From a virus: a DNA stretch of 64,000 nt. A program made the translations under genes and the position numbers. Below, piece after piece: positions 36,410-45,887 of this stretch (position 1 is its first letter; the number at the start of each line of letters is the position of its first letter). Location: the IMG/VR virus record IMGVR_UViG_3300045450_000109, positions 1 through 64,000 of that record. One strand, given 5' to 3'. A model generated the notes under the pieces. It worked only from the letters and a program-made list of their open reading frames with translations, did no database searches and was not told the DNA's origin.

Positions 36410-37171
36410 ATGAATTTAAAAGAGATGTTGCAACTGGCGGAATCCTTACTCAAACAGGGTGTTGACCCTCTGACCCCCATTGTGTTGCCGGTGCGCAGTA
36501 ATGTAGAGCGAGAAGAAGACCCCACTTACGAGTTGGTGGAATGTTCCGATATCGCCTACACCACAACACAATACACGCATGACCCGTCACCAAAAATGCA
36601 CCGTCCGGTCAGTGGGATAGGTGCCGTGTTGATACTGGATGTGGAAGATGCGTTATTCCATATGCAGTTACCTGACCTGATTGAGATTGACAAGTCAGCA
36701 TTGCATCGACAGAACACAATACACGGCCCCAAACAGGCTGGGTTGGCTCCGAGTATCTTTGGAGGACAGTATGTCAATTATCAGCAGTTGGGACGTGAGG
36801 AGCTCTTAGAGAAACTCAGGCAGCGGATTAACAAAGGTTACATGCCATCCGCAACCCGCGAGGGGTATAACAGCAAACCCGAATATGTTCGCTGGTTGGA
36901 TTTGGCGTTAGCGGGTCATGAACGCGCCGCGCGGAACTTTGACTGTACGGGGTATTTCAAACGCACCGACGAATGGGGACTCACGAACGGACAGGACCCC
37001 ATCTGGTTGTACATCGAAACCAATCAGTTTGAGTACGTCATTAACTTGCAAGCGGATGAGATTCGGGTGCGACGGACATGGGGTACCGAATGGGTGGTGT
37101 GGGACAATCCTGACTTGAAACTCGCCGAAGACAAACGTGAACTCTTCGAAGTAATAGAGGACTATGTATGA
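36410..37171 (+). CDS. hypothetical protein
   Basis: ATG 3 nt after the upstream stop. Confidence 0.75.
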   Translation: MNLKEMLQLAESLLKQGVDPLTPIVLPVRSNVEREEDPTYELVECSDIAYTTTQYTHDPSPKMHRPVSGIGAVLILDVEDALFHMQLPDLIEIDKSALHRQNTIHGPKQAGLAPSIFGGQYVNYQQLGREELLEKLRQRINKGYMPSATREGYNSKPEYVRWLDLALAGHERAARNFDCTGYFKRTDEWGLTNGQDPIWLYIETNQFEYVINLQADEIRVRRTWGTEWVVWDNPDLKLAEDKRELFEVIEDYV

Positions 37172-37581
37172 CAGAACAATCGACCTATCCGGGGGAAGAA
37201 GGGTCCGAAATGGCCGTGGTCACTGATGAACGGGTGTATTCGTTTTTTGATGTGGTTGACATGCGAGCAATGGAAACGGGCAAGACCTACGCCATGTGCA
37301 TCCACAAAGTGGAAGACCCGAAGCTGTCCGGGTACACGTTCCATGACGTCCGTATGGATTTGGCGCCGGGTGTCTGGAACGAAATCATGAGAAATGCTCA
37401 TGAACACAGCAAGTCAGAAATGAAGATGATGGCAGTACTGGTGGTGTCGAACAAAACGACCCATACGGGCGGTACGCTGGTCGTTCGTTCACGCCTGCAC
37501 CACAACCATCATGGCATGCAATTCATCTATGATAACGTCACTGGCACCATGGACGTGACGGGCGTTAATCTGGAGGTCTAA
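37168..37581 (+). CDS. hypothetical protein (member of a small paralog family)
   Basis: ATGA overlap with the upstream gene. VVTD..Y.F.......GKTY motif is shared with 37582-37962. Confidence 0.7.
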   Translation: MTEQSTYPGEEGSEMAVVTDERVYSFFDVVDMRAMETGKTYAMCIHKVEDPKLSGYTFHDVRMDLAPGVWNEIMRNAHEHSKSEMKMMAVLVVSNKTTHTGGTLVVRSRLHHNHHGMQFIYDNVTGTMDVTGVNLEV

Positions 37582-37962
37582 ATGTTTGACCGACGCAAAC
37601 CCAGTGAGAACCATTACATGCGCGTGGTCACTGATAATGGGGATTATTTCTTTAATCTCTGCAATCGGTTCCAGGACATGTTACCCGGTAAGACCTATTT
37701 GTGGCATCGATTAGGCGACCACATCCCCAGTCGCATGCGACAAAAAGTCTATGTCCCGCGAGGTGAGTTCCCTGACCATGCCTGGGAAGCCATTGTCACC
37801 GAAGCCCGGGAGGGTGGGGAAGACGTGATTGCCATCACTGTGATTTCCAATAACGGCTATGTGTTGGTGTTTGAGAATCTGTTGGGTGAAGGTCTCGCTG
37901 AACTGGAGTACCGAACCGGCGGACCACCCCGGACACCGATACAACCCAAATTGCTGGAATGA
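37582..37962 (+). CDS. hypothetical protein (paralog of 37168-37581)
   Basis: GGAGG SD; shared motif with the preceding gene. Confidence 0.7.
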   Translation: MFDRRKPSENHYMRVVTDNGDYFFNLCNRFQDMLPGKTYLWHRLGDHIPSRMRQKVYVPRGEFPDHAWEAIVTEAREGGEDVIAITVISNNGYVLVFENLLGEGLAELEYRTGGPPRTPIQPKLLE

Positions 37963-37972
37963 CGAAATAAAT

Positions 37973-37992
37973 GGGAGGGTTTTACCCCTCCC
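37973..37992 (+). terminator. GC hairpin (terminator-like)
   Basis: GGGAGGG-TTTTAC-CCCTCCC. Confidence 0.45.
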
Positions 37993-38070
37993 CAAATGCC
38001 CACGATCAAGCGGCTTTTCAGGCCAAGTACTACACACAGCTACAGCTCATCTAAAAAATAAGCGAAGCGT

Positions 38071-38084
38071 GTCAAAAAATACAT
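38071..38084 (+). promoter_or_regulatory. variant copy of the A7-TACAC motif
   Basis: GTCAAAAAATACAT; compare TGTAAAAAAATACAC at 42092, 46397, 47247 and 47940. Confidence 0.3.
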
Positions 38085-38246
38085 AAATCACCCCAGTGTA
38101 TGCAGCAGGTAATGTCGACATAAATGGAATTGAATCAGTGACTAGATGATATGACCTAATCACTCAACCAAGGACCCGGCAGTTGAGCTCTTTTAAACCA
38201 GCGAGGGATTACCCTCACCAATAACCCTTTACCTAAGGTGTTTACT

Positions 38247-39023
38247 ATGGGTCGACAAAAAGTCAAAAACACACGTCGTGAATCACGTCGTAACCAGGCT
38301 GCTAATAACGTTGTTGAACTGGGCGCACGTTTTAGTAACAAACAAGATGCTGTAGACGAAATCAACCTGCCACGTATGCAGACTCGTCGGGACGATACTC
38401 CGATTGAGCCCCGTACGGAAAACCAGGCGATTTACCTCAATGCGCTGGAAACCAAGTCGTTGATTTTTGCGACCGGTGATGCGGGATGCGGTAAGACCTT
38501 CCTGGCCACGGCATGGGCGGCTAAACGTTTACTGGCCAAAGACGTTGAACGGATTATCGTGACCCGACCGGTACTGCAAGCCGATGAGGACCTGGGTTTC
38601 TTACCGGGGGACATCAGCGAGAAATTTGCACCGTACTTCCGTCCGGTCTACGACATCCTGCAAAAACGTTTGGGTCACAGCTTCCTGCAATATTGCCTGC
38701 GCCCTGAAATTGGCAAAGTCGAGATTGCGCCATTTGCCTACATGCGTGGACGTACCTTTGAAAACGCGGTAGTCATCCTGGATGAAGCCCAGAACGCCAC
38801 AGTCGGGCAGATGAAAATGTTCCTGACGCGGTTGGGTGAAAACGTGACGGTGATTGTCAACGGTGACGTTGGACAGATTGACCTGCCATCTGCGAAACTG
38901 TCCGGCCTGCGTGATGCGATGGAACGTTTCAATGACACTGACCTGGTCTCTGTGGTGCAGTTCCTGAAAAGCGACAGCGTTCGTTCTGCTATTTGCAGTG
39001 CGGCATTAGAAGCCTACGCGTAA
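38247..39023 (+). CDS. phoH: PhoH-like ATPase
   Basis: Walker A GDAGCGKTFLA, VILDEAQN Walker B, and the conserved PhoH C-terminal layout. ATG follows a TAAGG SD. Confidence 0.85.
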   Translation: MGRQKVKNTRRESRRNQAANNVVELGARFSNKQDAVDEINLPRMQTRRDDTPIEPRTENQAIYLNALETKSLIFATGDAGCGKTFLATAWAAKRLLAKDVERIIVTRPVLQADEDLGFLPGDISEKFAPYFRPVYDILQKRLGHSFLQYCLRPEIGKVEIAPFAYMRGRTFENAVVILDEAQNATVGQMKMFLTRLGENVTVIVNGDVGQIDLPSAKLSGLRDAMERFNDTDLVSVVQFLKSDSVRSAICSAALEAYA

Positions 39024-39035
39024 CCTCCTTTTAAG

Positions 39036-39060
39036 GGCAGGGGCAATCCCTGCCTTTTAT
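39036..39060 (+). terminator. intrinsic terminator
   Basis: GGCAGGG-GCAAT-CCCTGCC followed by TTTTAT. Confidence 0.8.
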
Positions 39061-39064
39061 GCCG

Positions 39065-39093
39065 TAAATATCAACATACCCGGATTATCATAC
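39065..39093 (+). promoter_or_regulatory. weak variant of the promoter-like motif
   Basis: TAAATATCAACAT-N8-ATCATAC with the same 21-bp offset. Confidence 0.25.
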
Positions 39094-39116
39094 AGACTTT
39101 AAACAGGATTCGATAA

Positions 39117-39356
39117 ATGAGCAATGACCCAAAGTATTTACAGTTAGTCGCCACGGTGCAGAAATTGGTTCCTAAGTGGGATGCACCCCGTCAGCAACAT
39201 GCCATCAATCTTATTACCAATTGTATTCGTCGATTCCGAGGTGACATCATAAACATCGACGTCTCCCTGATTCGGGCATCGCCTTTTCAGTATTTCTCAG
39301 AACGCGTCATCCGAACCAATGGAAAAATCTTCTACATTTATTTTCAGGTGGACTAA
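39117..39356 (+). CDS. hypothetical protein (79 aa)
   Basis: AGGA SD. Confidence 0.65.
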   Translation: MSNDPKYLQLVATVQKLVPKWDAPRQQHAINLITNCIRRFRGDIINIDVSLIRASPFQYFSERVIRTNGKIFYIYFQVD

Positions 39357-39769
39357 TGGAAGAAAACAAAATCACGTTCGAGGAAGATGCTCTCGGCCGC
39401 ATCACCGTAACCGACCCGTCATGTGTTGCCGAATCCCCGACATTTGTGGTTGACCCGCAGAAACTGCCATTAACCACTGACGTTCGGGACAGTGGCTTTT
39501 CCGTGGCGGAAGACATCGCGTACCAAATTGCGGTGGCGCACTATGGTTACCGTGAAGGGCGCGGGGCATTCTGGTGCTGGCGCAAGGACAACACAGCCAT
39601 GAAGCAACTGCACAACCGAGTATTTGGTGTGGTGGAGGAAACGCCTGCGCAAGTCGTTAAGCGAGTGTCATCCAGTTGGGTGAAGGTAGGACACCGCCAG
39701 GACAACACACGCCAGAACCAAAAGAAAAAGGCTAAGCGTCGTAAAACCGTACTGAAAAACCACCGCTGA
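39356..39769 (+). CDS. hypothetical protein with basic C-terminal tail
   Basis: TAATG junction with the upstream gene; C-terminal QKKKAKRRK. Confidence 0.7.
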   Translation: MEENKITFEEDALGRITVTDPSCVAESPTFVVDPQKLPLTTDVRDSGFSVAEDIAYQIAVAHYGYREGRGAFWCWRKDNTAMKQLHNRVFGVVEETPAQVVKRVSSSWVKVGHRQDNTRQNQKKKAKRRKTVLKNHR

Positions 39770-39776
39770 GGTCACG

Positions 39777-40163
39777 ATGTCATTACGAAAATTAAGTTGG
39801 TGGGAGCGATTAACGGGATGGGTAGAAGATGACCCAGACAAAATCTATACCCTGACATTAACGGTCAGCCCACCGGTACTGGCCGGTGGAACATTGTCAT
39901 TACCTGAACTGACCGATAAACACGTGGTGGGGATTGACTTTATCAGTGCAACCCGACGAGACGGTTTTTACTCCAAGACCCCGTCAGGGCAGTTCGTGCT
40001 CGAGGGGTTGTGTGAAGACGTTTTTGTGTTTGATGTGGGTGCACGCGGTCGCGGCTTCGTCTTGTCGTATTTTCGTGACCGTAATCAACTACGGATTTTC
40101 GACACACAAAGTGCTCGGGAGTCATATACCCTCAAATTTTACTACAGAAGGAAAACCGCATGA
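39777..40163 (+). CDS. hypothetical protein
   Basis: GAGG SD. Confidence 0.7.
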   Translation: MSLRKLSWWERLTGWVEDDPDKIYTLTLTVSPPVLAGGTLSLPELTDKHVVGIDFISATRRDGFYSKTPSGQFVLEGLCEDVFVFDVGARGRGFVLSYFRDRNQLRIFDTQSARESYTLKFYYRRKTA

Positions 40164-40549
40164 CCGATGTTTTGTTTCCACCGACTAAGGGTGACGTGAA
40201 GCCCATCACCCATCTGTACATCGATGACTTGCGTGACCCGGTCCGTTATTTGGGGGCCGAACGGGGTGGTCAGATGACATGGGTTAAAGACTGGTGGGAA
40301 GCCAAAGGCGTCCTGCGTGACCACGCCACTACCTTGGAAGAAATCCACTTCGACCACTATCTGGGTGACAACCATACCGGTGGGCAATTGTTCGAAATGA
40401 TCATGTACCGATTGGACCGTTTCCCGGCGCTCAAGCGCTGCTACCTGCACTCCAGTGACCAGGTGATTGTTAACCGTCTGATTGACCGACACGATATCAA
40501 GGCAAAAGCCCATAGCGTGGAACTGATTGCCAACTCTAACCGCTACTAG
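40160..40549 (+). CDS. hypothetical protein; receiver (REC)-like fold suspected
   Basis: HLYIDDLRDP...W..A......I.FDHYLGD..TG pattern resembles phage receiver-like domains; motif-level only. Confidence 0.4.
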   Translation: MTDVLFPPTKGDVKPITHLYIDDLRDPVRYLGAERGGQMTWVKDWWEAKGVLRDHATTLEEIHFDHYLGDNHTGGQLFEMIMYRLDRFPALKRCYLHSSDQVIVNRLIDRHDIKAKAHSVELIANSNRY

Positions 40550-40557
40550 GGGGTTGC

Positions 40558-40977
40558 ATGGAAATGTTGTATCGATTCCTGGGTCGGTTAGCGGTACGTT
40601 TACGGATTGTGAATCCCCGACTGGAACCGTGGTTGTTGGATGGATTGGATAACATGGATGCTCGCCACCGAAAGCAGTGGCAGAGCCGGTATGCTGAGGA
40701 AGGTCACGCTACCCCCACAGTGGACCTGGTCCAGTCGGTGGAAACCCATTTCCCCCAATCCAAGCTGGCCCGGTGCTTTGGTTGGCGGTTGGTCGGCGTG
40801 TGTGAGAACGTGGATGGCGTAACCCTACGTATTGTCATTCAACAGCGTTCTGTGCGATTTAAATACGATGTCTGGTGTTATGACATTGACCCTTGGTTGG
40901 CACGCTGTAATGCCATCAAAGGGGTCTATAACGCTGAACTTGATTGGCTACTTGATAACGCGAGGAAAACATCATGA
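40558..40977 (+). CDS. hypothetical protein
   Basis: GGGGG SD. Confidence 0.7.
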   Translation: MEMLYRFLGRLAVRLRIVNPRLEPWLLDGLDNMDARHRKQWQSRYAEEGHATPTVDLVQSVETHFPQSKLARCFGWRLVGVCENVDGVTLRIVIQQRSVRFKYDVWCYDIDPWLARCNAIKGVYNAELDWLLDNARKTS

Positions 40978-41297
40978 AGTCTCCCTTCCGCAATTTTGCT
41001 AAATTGACTGATGCTGAACGTTTGGCGCGGTTGGTGGAGCACGTGCCCGAAGTCCCTAAGGATGCCCGGGTCACAGTGGGTATTGGTGGCGATAACGGTG
41101 AGTTATTGGAACGTGCCCTGTGTGGTCATCTCGAAGTAGCGGTAATGGTCCTGCCAACGTATGTGTACGACCGTTGGCAGCGTGGTAACCGTCGCCTGTC
41201 GCGCTGCCAGCAGCGTTTCGACTGTACCGAGGTTACCGCCCATGGGCATTCGGTGTTGATCATTGACACTCGTATTGTGGAGCCTGCTGATGAGTGA
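40974..41297 (+). CDS. hypothetical protein
   Basis: ATGA overlap with the upstream gene. Confidence 0.7.
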   Translation: MKSPFRNFAKLTDAERLARLVEHVPEVPKDARVTVGIGGDNGELLERALCGHLEVAVMVLPTYVYDRWQRGNRRLSRCQQRFDCTEVTAHGHSVLIIDTRIVEPADE

Positions 41298-41538
41298 ACC
41301 TTGGACCACTGCGCGGTACATGGCCTTGTTTCGTCAAGCGCCTGCGGTGGAGCGGTTAGCTCCACTATACCGGGCCTTCCTTGAATTGGCCGAAATGGTT
41401 GAAGCCATGCCTGAGGGAGGACAAAAACGTGCCGCTTTAGTACAACTCTACCGGGCGAGGCTGGAAACCCTGAAAGTGATGGCGATATCACGACCGACCA
41501 GCAACACGGTTCAATATACGGGGACATCTCAACCATGA
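41290..41538 (+). CDS. hypothetical protein (82 aa)
   Basis: ATGAGTGA overlap with the upstream gene. Confidence 0.6.
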   Translation: MSEPWTTARYMALFRQAPAVERLAPLYRAFLELAEMVEAMPEGGQKRAALVQLYRARLETLKVMAISRPTSNTVQYTGTSQP

Positions 41539-41858
41539 GCTACCTCATGTCACCCAAACTGATACATCTGGGACTGTCAATCTGGTTTCATTGTCCTGGT
41601 TGCAATACCCTACATCCCTATCAAGTCAACCCCGAAGCAAAGGGCCCCAAATGGCAGTTTAATGGGGATGTAGAAAAACCCACCTTCACGCCAAGTCTGC
41701 TCGTGGACAAAGACCGACCTGAACGTCGTTGTCATTTGTTTTTGACTGACGGGCGTATCCAGTATCTTTCTGACTGCTTTCACACATTAGCGGGACAGAC
41801 TGTTGATTTACCGGATATCCCCGATGTTGAGTCATGGTTGGGTGGTGAGGCTGATTAA
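41535..41858 (+). CDS. putative Zn-binding protein (DUF6527-like pattern)
   Basis: CPGC..H...W.F.GD.EKPT.TPS.......CH.F...G.I.Y..DC.H. Confidence 0.45.
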   Translation: MSYLMSPKLIHLGLSIWFHCPGCNTLHPYQVNPEAKGPKWQFNGDVEKPTFTPSLLVDKDRPERRCHLFLTDGRIQYLSDCFHTLAGQTVDLPDIPDVESWLGGEAD

Positions 41859-41883
41859 CCGCATTAATGAATCAGGAGGTTGT

Positions 41884-42096
41884 ATGTTAACAGGGTTCAC
41901 CAACCTTAATGTCCAGTGGGTGTCGAATCAGCCATATGTCCGCCGTACCACTACCGTCAGTGCAGACGGTGCACGGTTAGTCCGTACGGCTCGGGTTGTT
42001 CAAGGAATGGATTATGGGGTGCAGTATCAGTATACTCCAGGTCAATCTGTTCCGATTGACTTAGCGGCATATGCACGTAAACAGGGACTCATGTAA
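41884..42096 (+). CDS. hypothetical protein (70 aa)
   Basis: AGGAGG SD. Confidence 0.65.
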   Translation: MLTGFTNLNVQWVSNQPYVRRTTTVSADGARLVRTARVVQGMDYGVQYQYTPGQSVPIDLAAYARKQGLM

Positions 42097-42106
42097 AAAA
42101 ATACAC
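42092..42106 (+). promoter_or_regulatory. A7-TACAC motif copy
   Basis: TGTAAAAAAATACAC, which includes the stop codon of the upstream gene. Confidence 0.4.
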
Positions 42107-42246
42107 GGAATCCCTATATAGTTTGTATTCAACGGCCGTTGACCCTACCCTGCCGTAGGCAGACTATACCGTTATATAAGGTATAGGGTAGTTATAGTGA
42201 GTAGTAAGCTTAGGGGATATACCTACCAGGGTATATCCCCTTTTAT
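42107..42246 (+). ncRNA. candidate small structured RNA (three-way junction + strong terminator)
   Basis: No ORF here. Palindrome CAACGGCCGTTG at 42130-41. Closing helix CTACCC 42145-50 pairs with GGGTAG 42186-91 and encloses hairpins TGCC-GTA-GGCA and TATACC-GTTATATAA-GGTATA. An 11-bp terminator GGGGATATACC/GGTATATCCCC plus TTTTAT follows at 42213-46. Confidence 0.45.
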
Positions 42247-42289
42247 GCTGTTAGGGTTTTTTATTTGGATTCCCGGTCATCAAAAACCC

Positions 42290-42318
42290 CAAATAAAAAC
42301 ATCTCACGCCTATATTAC
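42290..42318 (+). promoter_or_regulatory. phage promoter-like motif
   Basis: CAAATAAAAACA-N9-TATATTAC, nearly identical to the copy at 489-517. Confidence 0.45.
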
Positions 42319-42359
42319 CGAGGAGATAGCCCCTATTGCTTTTATACCGGAGTGATTGA

Positions 42360-42878
42360 ATGAAAACATTAACTGACCATATCGTGGACTTAGCGGCGGT
42401 GTTTGCTGACCACATCCCTGCGATATCTGAGTATGCTTTTGGCTACTCATACCCGAAAGACCCCCGAGACGATGACGGTAACCCGATTCCGGTGGCCGTG
42501 TTCATCAACAACGGTTTGTGTCATGTGTTTGCAAAATTGGTGGCCGTGCGGGTACCGGGTGCGTCCGTGGTAGGTCACCCGTCTCATGTCTGGTTGGAAC
42601 AGGGTGGGTTGCATTATGATGCGTGCTGTCCGCAGGGGGTTGAACGCACAGTAATGACTCGCTACCCCGATATGCTGCTCGACTACGGGTCGCATCAAAC
42701 AGTGTTGCGGGAATTCCCGCATTATTCAGAAGCCTTGCACAGCATGGCGTGGTTAGCACAAACCGAGTGGGCTGATGCCTACCGTGTTCTGTGTGACCGG
42801 GACCAGCAATACACACAAGGGGTGTGGGTCTGTGCTACCGCGGCAGCCAAAACAGTAGCAGGGAGGATGTTACCATGA
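42360..42878 (+). CDS. hypothetical protein
   Basis: ATG after ACCGGAGTG leader. Confidence 0.75.
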   Translation: MKTLTDHIVDLAAVFADHIPAISEYAFGYSYPKDPRDDDGNPIPVAVFINNGLCHVFAKLVAVRVPGASVVGHPSHVWLEQGGLHYDACCPQGVERTVMTRYPDMLLDYGSHQTVLREFPHYSEALHSMAWLAQTEWADAYRVLCDRDQQYTQGVWVCATAAAKTVAGRMLP

Positions 42879-43222
42879 CCGATACGTCGAGTATTACCCA
42901 TTTGTGGCACCCAACCCCTTTGGGGATGGCGGATTTGGAAACAGGTAAAACCTATCTGGCTCTGGCGTTTGAAACAGGCGAAGACCAGGGTGAGATTACG
43001 TACTACGCCACAACGCAAACCATCACGTTGGAAGAATACACCGCCATCTGTAAATTTGCTGAACCGCGTGGTTTACTGGCACTGATTGTGGAAGTCTTGT
43101 ACCAAGACGGGACCACGGTACAACTCCAGACGCACCACACGTCAGAACCGTTCACCCTGACTCAACACATGGAGAGCACGGGTGCCGAGACCCGTATCGT
43201 TACACGCATGGGGATAAACTAA
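42875..43222 (+). CDS. hypothetical protein (small paralog family)
   Basis: GGGAGG SD; ATGA overlap with the upstream gene; L..GKTY motif. Confidence 0.65.
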   Translation: MTDTSSITHLWHPTPLGMADLETGKTYLALAFETGEDQGEITYYATTQTITLEEYTAICKFAEPRGLLALIVEVLYQDGTTVQLQTHHTSEPFTLTQHMESTGAETRIVTRMGIN

Positions 43223-43761
43223 TGGGTAGCTACAACACGTATTGTGGACGTATTCCACTGAAACGCAATACCGGACCGGAAGTCTTGGCGGCCCTGACCT
43301 CGATGGTCTCGCACACCACGCTGAAGCCAGGAGACCTGGGTTATCGGTGGCTACAGGACCATCCTTATTTAATCGACCTGTTAGGAACGGCTCCTTATCT
43401 AAAGTCAGGACTGCATGGCGGTATGGCGCTCGTCAATGTGCAAACGCCAGCGATATTCGAGCTGCGGTTCTGCGTGTGCAATAAGGAACCGATTGATACG
43501 TTCCAGGCACTGGTGAAAGACCTGCGTTGGTATGTCCCTGAAAGCGACCCCCTACTCGAAGACGAAACACCCATGGTAGTGTGTCTCCCGGAAGAGTGGA
43601 AGTATGATGTCGAGGACGCCAAAACACAGGTCACGAAATACTTGAGTATGTTGGTGTATAAGACCGGTCACGTTGCTACACAAACTGACATTGTCCCACC
43701 TTGGGACACTGACCCAGACTGGTTTGTACCTTTTGTTACTGCGGGGGCAATATGCGAATAA
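43222..43761 (+). CDS. hypothetical protein
   Basis: TAATG junction with the upstream gene. Confidence 0.75.
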   Translation: MGSYNTYCGRIPLKRNTGPEVLAALTSMVSHTTLKPGDLGYRWLQDHPYLIDLLGTAPYLKSGLHGGMALVNVQTPAIFELRFCVCNKEPIDTFQALVKDLRWYVPESDPLLEDETPMVVCLPEEWKYDVEDAKTQVTKYLSMLVYKTGHVATQTDIVPPWDTDPDWFVPFVTAGAICE

Positions 43762-44252
43762 CGTTGATTGTGGCCTATCTGGATGGAAAGTGGTTTGTGA
43801 AAATTGGGGATCGGATTTACAGTAACCTCGAACATACCAACGTGGGGTTGGATGGGCGTTCTCGCTTGTTCCAGTTGGCAATGGGTCAACTGTACTGGCG
43901 CTGGACTCGCAAAACCAGACAACTCGACATCGCCCAGTGGATATGGGGTAAGTACTCTGCCCTGTTCGAAACCGTGGGGGAAGCGAAGTCCTACCGGTTC
44001 AAAGGCCATGTATTTGAATTGCAACCGGTGTGGAAATATGACTACCGTCCCCGTCGTGGAAAATACAACCGCAGTGCGGAGCCCTGGACCCTGATAACAT
44101 CCATTAATGGCGAAATCCTGGAAGACGCTGCATTGGCCTACCAGGATACTTCCAACCCAGTGGAGGCCATGTCCCGGTTCTTGTGGATGGTAGAAAGAAT
44201 GAGGGGTTGTGAACGGGGACCGATTGCCAAGTCCCAAACGTATTTGGTGTGA
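43752..44252 (+). CDS. hypothetical protein
   Basis: GGGGG SD. The 240-aa antisense ORF was rejected. Confidence 0.7.
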   Translation: MRITLIVAYLDGKWFVKIGDRIYSNLEHTNVGLDGRSRLFQLAMGQLYWRWTRKTRQLDIAQWIWGKYSALFETVGEAKSYRFKGHVFELQPVWKYDYRPRRGKYNRSAEPWTLITSINGEILEDAALAYQDTSNPVEAMSRFLWMVERMRGCERGPIAKSQTYLV

Positions 44253-44307
44253 TAGTATGTGGTGGGATACCCTCATCACAACCAATAACAGGAACAGGAA
44301 CAATAAC

Positions 44308-44805
44308 ATGTATACAGTTAAACGCATTATCGATGGTGACGTGTCTGGCTTTGAATCAGCCAACTGGACGATAGGTCGTAACGGCCTCAAACCCGGGAAG
44401 ACGTTTCAGGACGCTGTGGCGTACTCACGCACACCGACCCCAATGGACCCGTGTGATTTACCCGCCACCGGTGTACTAACGTTGGGTGACGTCAAATCCG
44501 CGGCTATGGAACGTCTGGATACCGGCGGTATTGAAGTCCAGGGTGAGTCCAACACACTGTCTGCGAGTACCGCGTACGAAATCAGTGGTGTCACCGTGAT
44601 TCCTGGTGGGGGTCGCAATGACGAAGACCTGGTATTGGTCGGTGCGGTACCCGGTACCCGTGAGGTTACCGAAGCATTGGGCGTGGTGGTCACCACCCGT
44701 ATCAATGAAGACCAGATGCACGAAGTGCAATACGACTTCGTGTATCCGGGTATGCAGGTGTACATCACCGACCGTTTTGGTAACACGGTTGAATCCCTGC
44801 GTTAA
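44308..44805 (+). CDS. hypothetical protein
   Basis: ATG after the leader CAATAACAGGAACAGGAACAATAACATG, which is shared with the gene at 50578. Confidence 0.65.
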   Translation: MYTVKRIIDGDVSGFESANWTIGRNGLKPGKTFQDAVAYSRTPTPMDPCDLPATGVLTLGDVKSAAMERLDTGGIEVQGESNTLSASTAYEISGVTVIPGGGRNDEDLVLVGAVPGTREVTEALGVVVTTRINEDQMHEVQYDFVYPGMQVYITDRFGNTVESLR

Positions 44806-44819
44806 TCACTGAATGTCGT

Positions 44820-44845
44820 GGGCAGGGTTGACCTGCCCATTATGC
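44820..44845 (+). terminator. terminator-like hairpin
   Basis: GGGCAGG-GTTGA-CCTGCCC followed by ATTATGCCG. Confidence 0.6.
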
Positions 44846-44865
44846 CGTTATATCGGAGTAATACA

Positions 44866-45198
44866 ATGAAAAAGCCAGATATGGATACCCAACCTACGCA
44901 ACTGGGCGACCTCCAACAAGGTTGTCAATACGTGATGATTGCTTCCCTTGAACCCGGACAGCATGGCATGTTGTTCTATCGATTGTACTCACCGGTGGAT
45001 AATGAACAGTACGCCAACTTCCAACGGGGTGCCGGTGCACTGGGAACCGATATGTTTGTGGTGGACTGTATTTTCAATGAAGCCACGACGGTGCAACTCA
45101 GTAATACGCGTGCGGTACGGGATGACGAACGCGTTATCACGTTCGAGCTGTTGTCGAATGGCCATGCTCGCGCAATGGACACCCGTAATTTACAATAG
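44866..45198 (+). CDS. hypothetical protein (small paralog family)
   Basis: ATG after ATCGGAGTA leader. Confidence 0.7.
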   Translation: MKKPDMDTQPTQLGDLQQGCQYVMIASLEPGQHGMLFYRLYSPVDNEQYANFQRGAGALGTDMFVVDCIFNEATTVQLSNTRAVRDDERVITFELLSNGHARAMDTRNLQ

Positions 45199-45207
45199 GT
45201 AAACGTC

Positions 45208-45561
45208 ATGAAAAATCAAGCATACCTCCGTAACCAATCCCCCGCTGTTGTGCATCAGATACACCAAATGACCGAAGATGCCGTAGCCATTTTTGTTGGC
45301 GTGGTGCCAGAACTTCGCCGTCATTTACAGGGTCTTGAGGAACGTCAAAAGAAAGATGACTCAGACGCCCTTGCCCGTCTGATTGCGGCCGCCCGGGAAC
45401 AATTACGTCTCAGCGAATGTATGTTGGCCCTACATGCCCGTGAGTTGGGTCTACCTGATACCACGATTGCTGCCATGTTGGGTGACACCCAGACCAACAT
45501 TGAGCAGATGGTCCAGTGCGCCATGGATTATACCAAACCTGCTGTGAGAACAAACCCATGA
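45208..45561 (+). CDS. hypothetical protein
   Basis: 117-aa ORF. Confidence 0.7.
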   Translation: MKNQAYLRNQSPAVVHQIHQMTEDAVAIFVGVVPELRRHLQGLEERQKKDDSDALARLIAAAREQLRLSECMLALHARELGLPDTTIAAMLGDTQTNIEQMVQCAMDYTKPAVRTNP

Positions 45562-45887
45562 GAAAATACCCAAAGGGACTAATCATCAGTCGCATTTTAT
45601 CGGCGATTGGTGAGTTGGAAAACGGCCACTCCAGTACGTGTCCAGACTACGCAACGTTCATGACCAACCCAATGAAACATCTGCGGCGACAACTCAAAGA
45701 CGCGATTGAGTGTGTCTGTAATCAACACGGGATGAGTTCCTCCACGCTTATCAGAGACCTGATGGTTTATGAAGCACGCGTTGACTACGGCGAACCGTGG
45801 TTTGTCATTCGTTGGGACGGCGAACCGAAGTTTCAAGTTAATCTCCCTATGACACAAATCGAACACTGGTTTCGAAAGGATGCTTAA
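45558..45887 (+). CDS. hypothetical protein
   Basis: ATGA overlap with the upstream gene. Confidence 0.65.
   Translation: MRKYPKGLIISRILSAIGELENGHSSTCPDYATFMTNPMKHLRRQLKDAIECVCNQHGMSSSTLIRDLMVYEARVDYGEPWFVIRWDGEPKFQVNLPMTQIEHWFRKDA

Noticed and set aside
43668-44390. 240-aa minus-strand ORF
   Set aside because: It is antisense to three translationally coupled + strand genes (43222-44805). It has no start context and is likely a GC-frame shadow.
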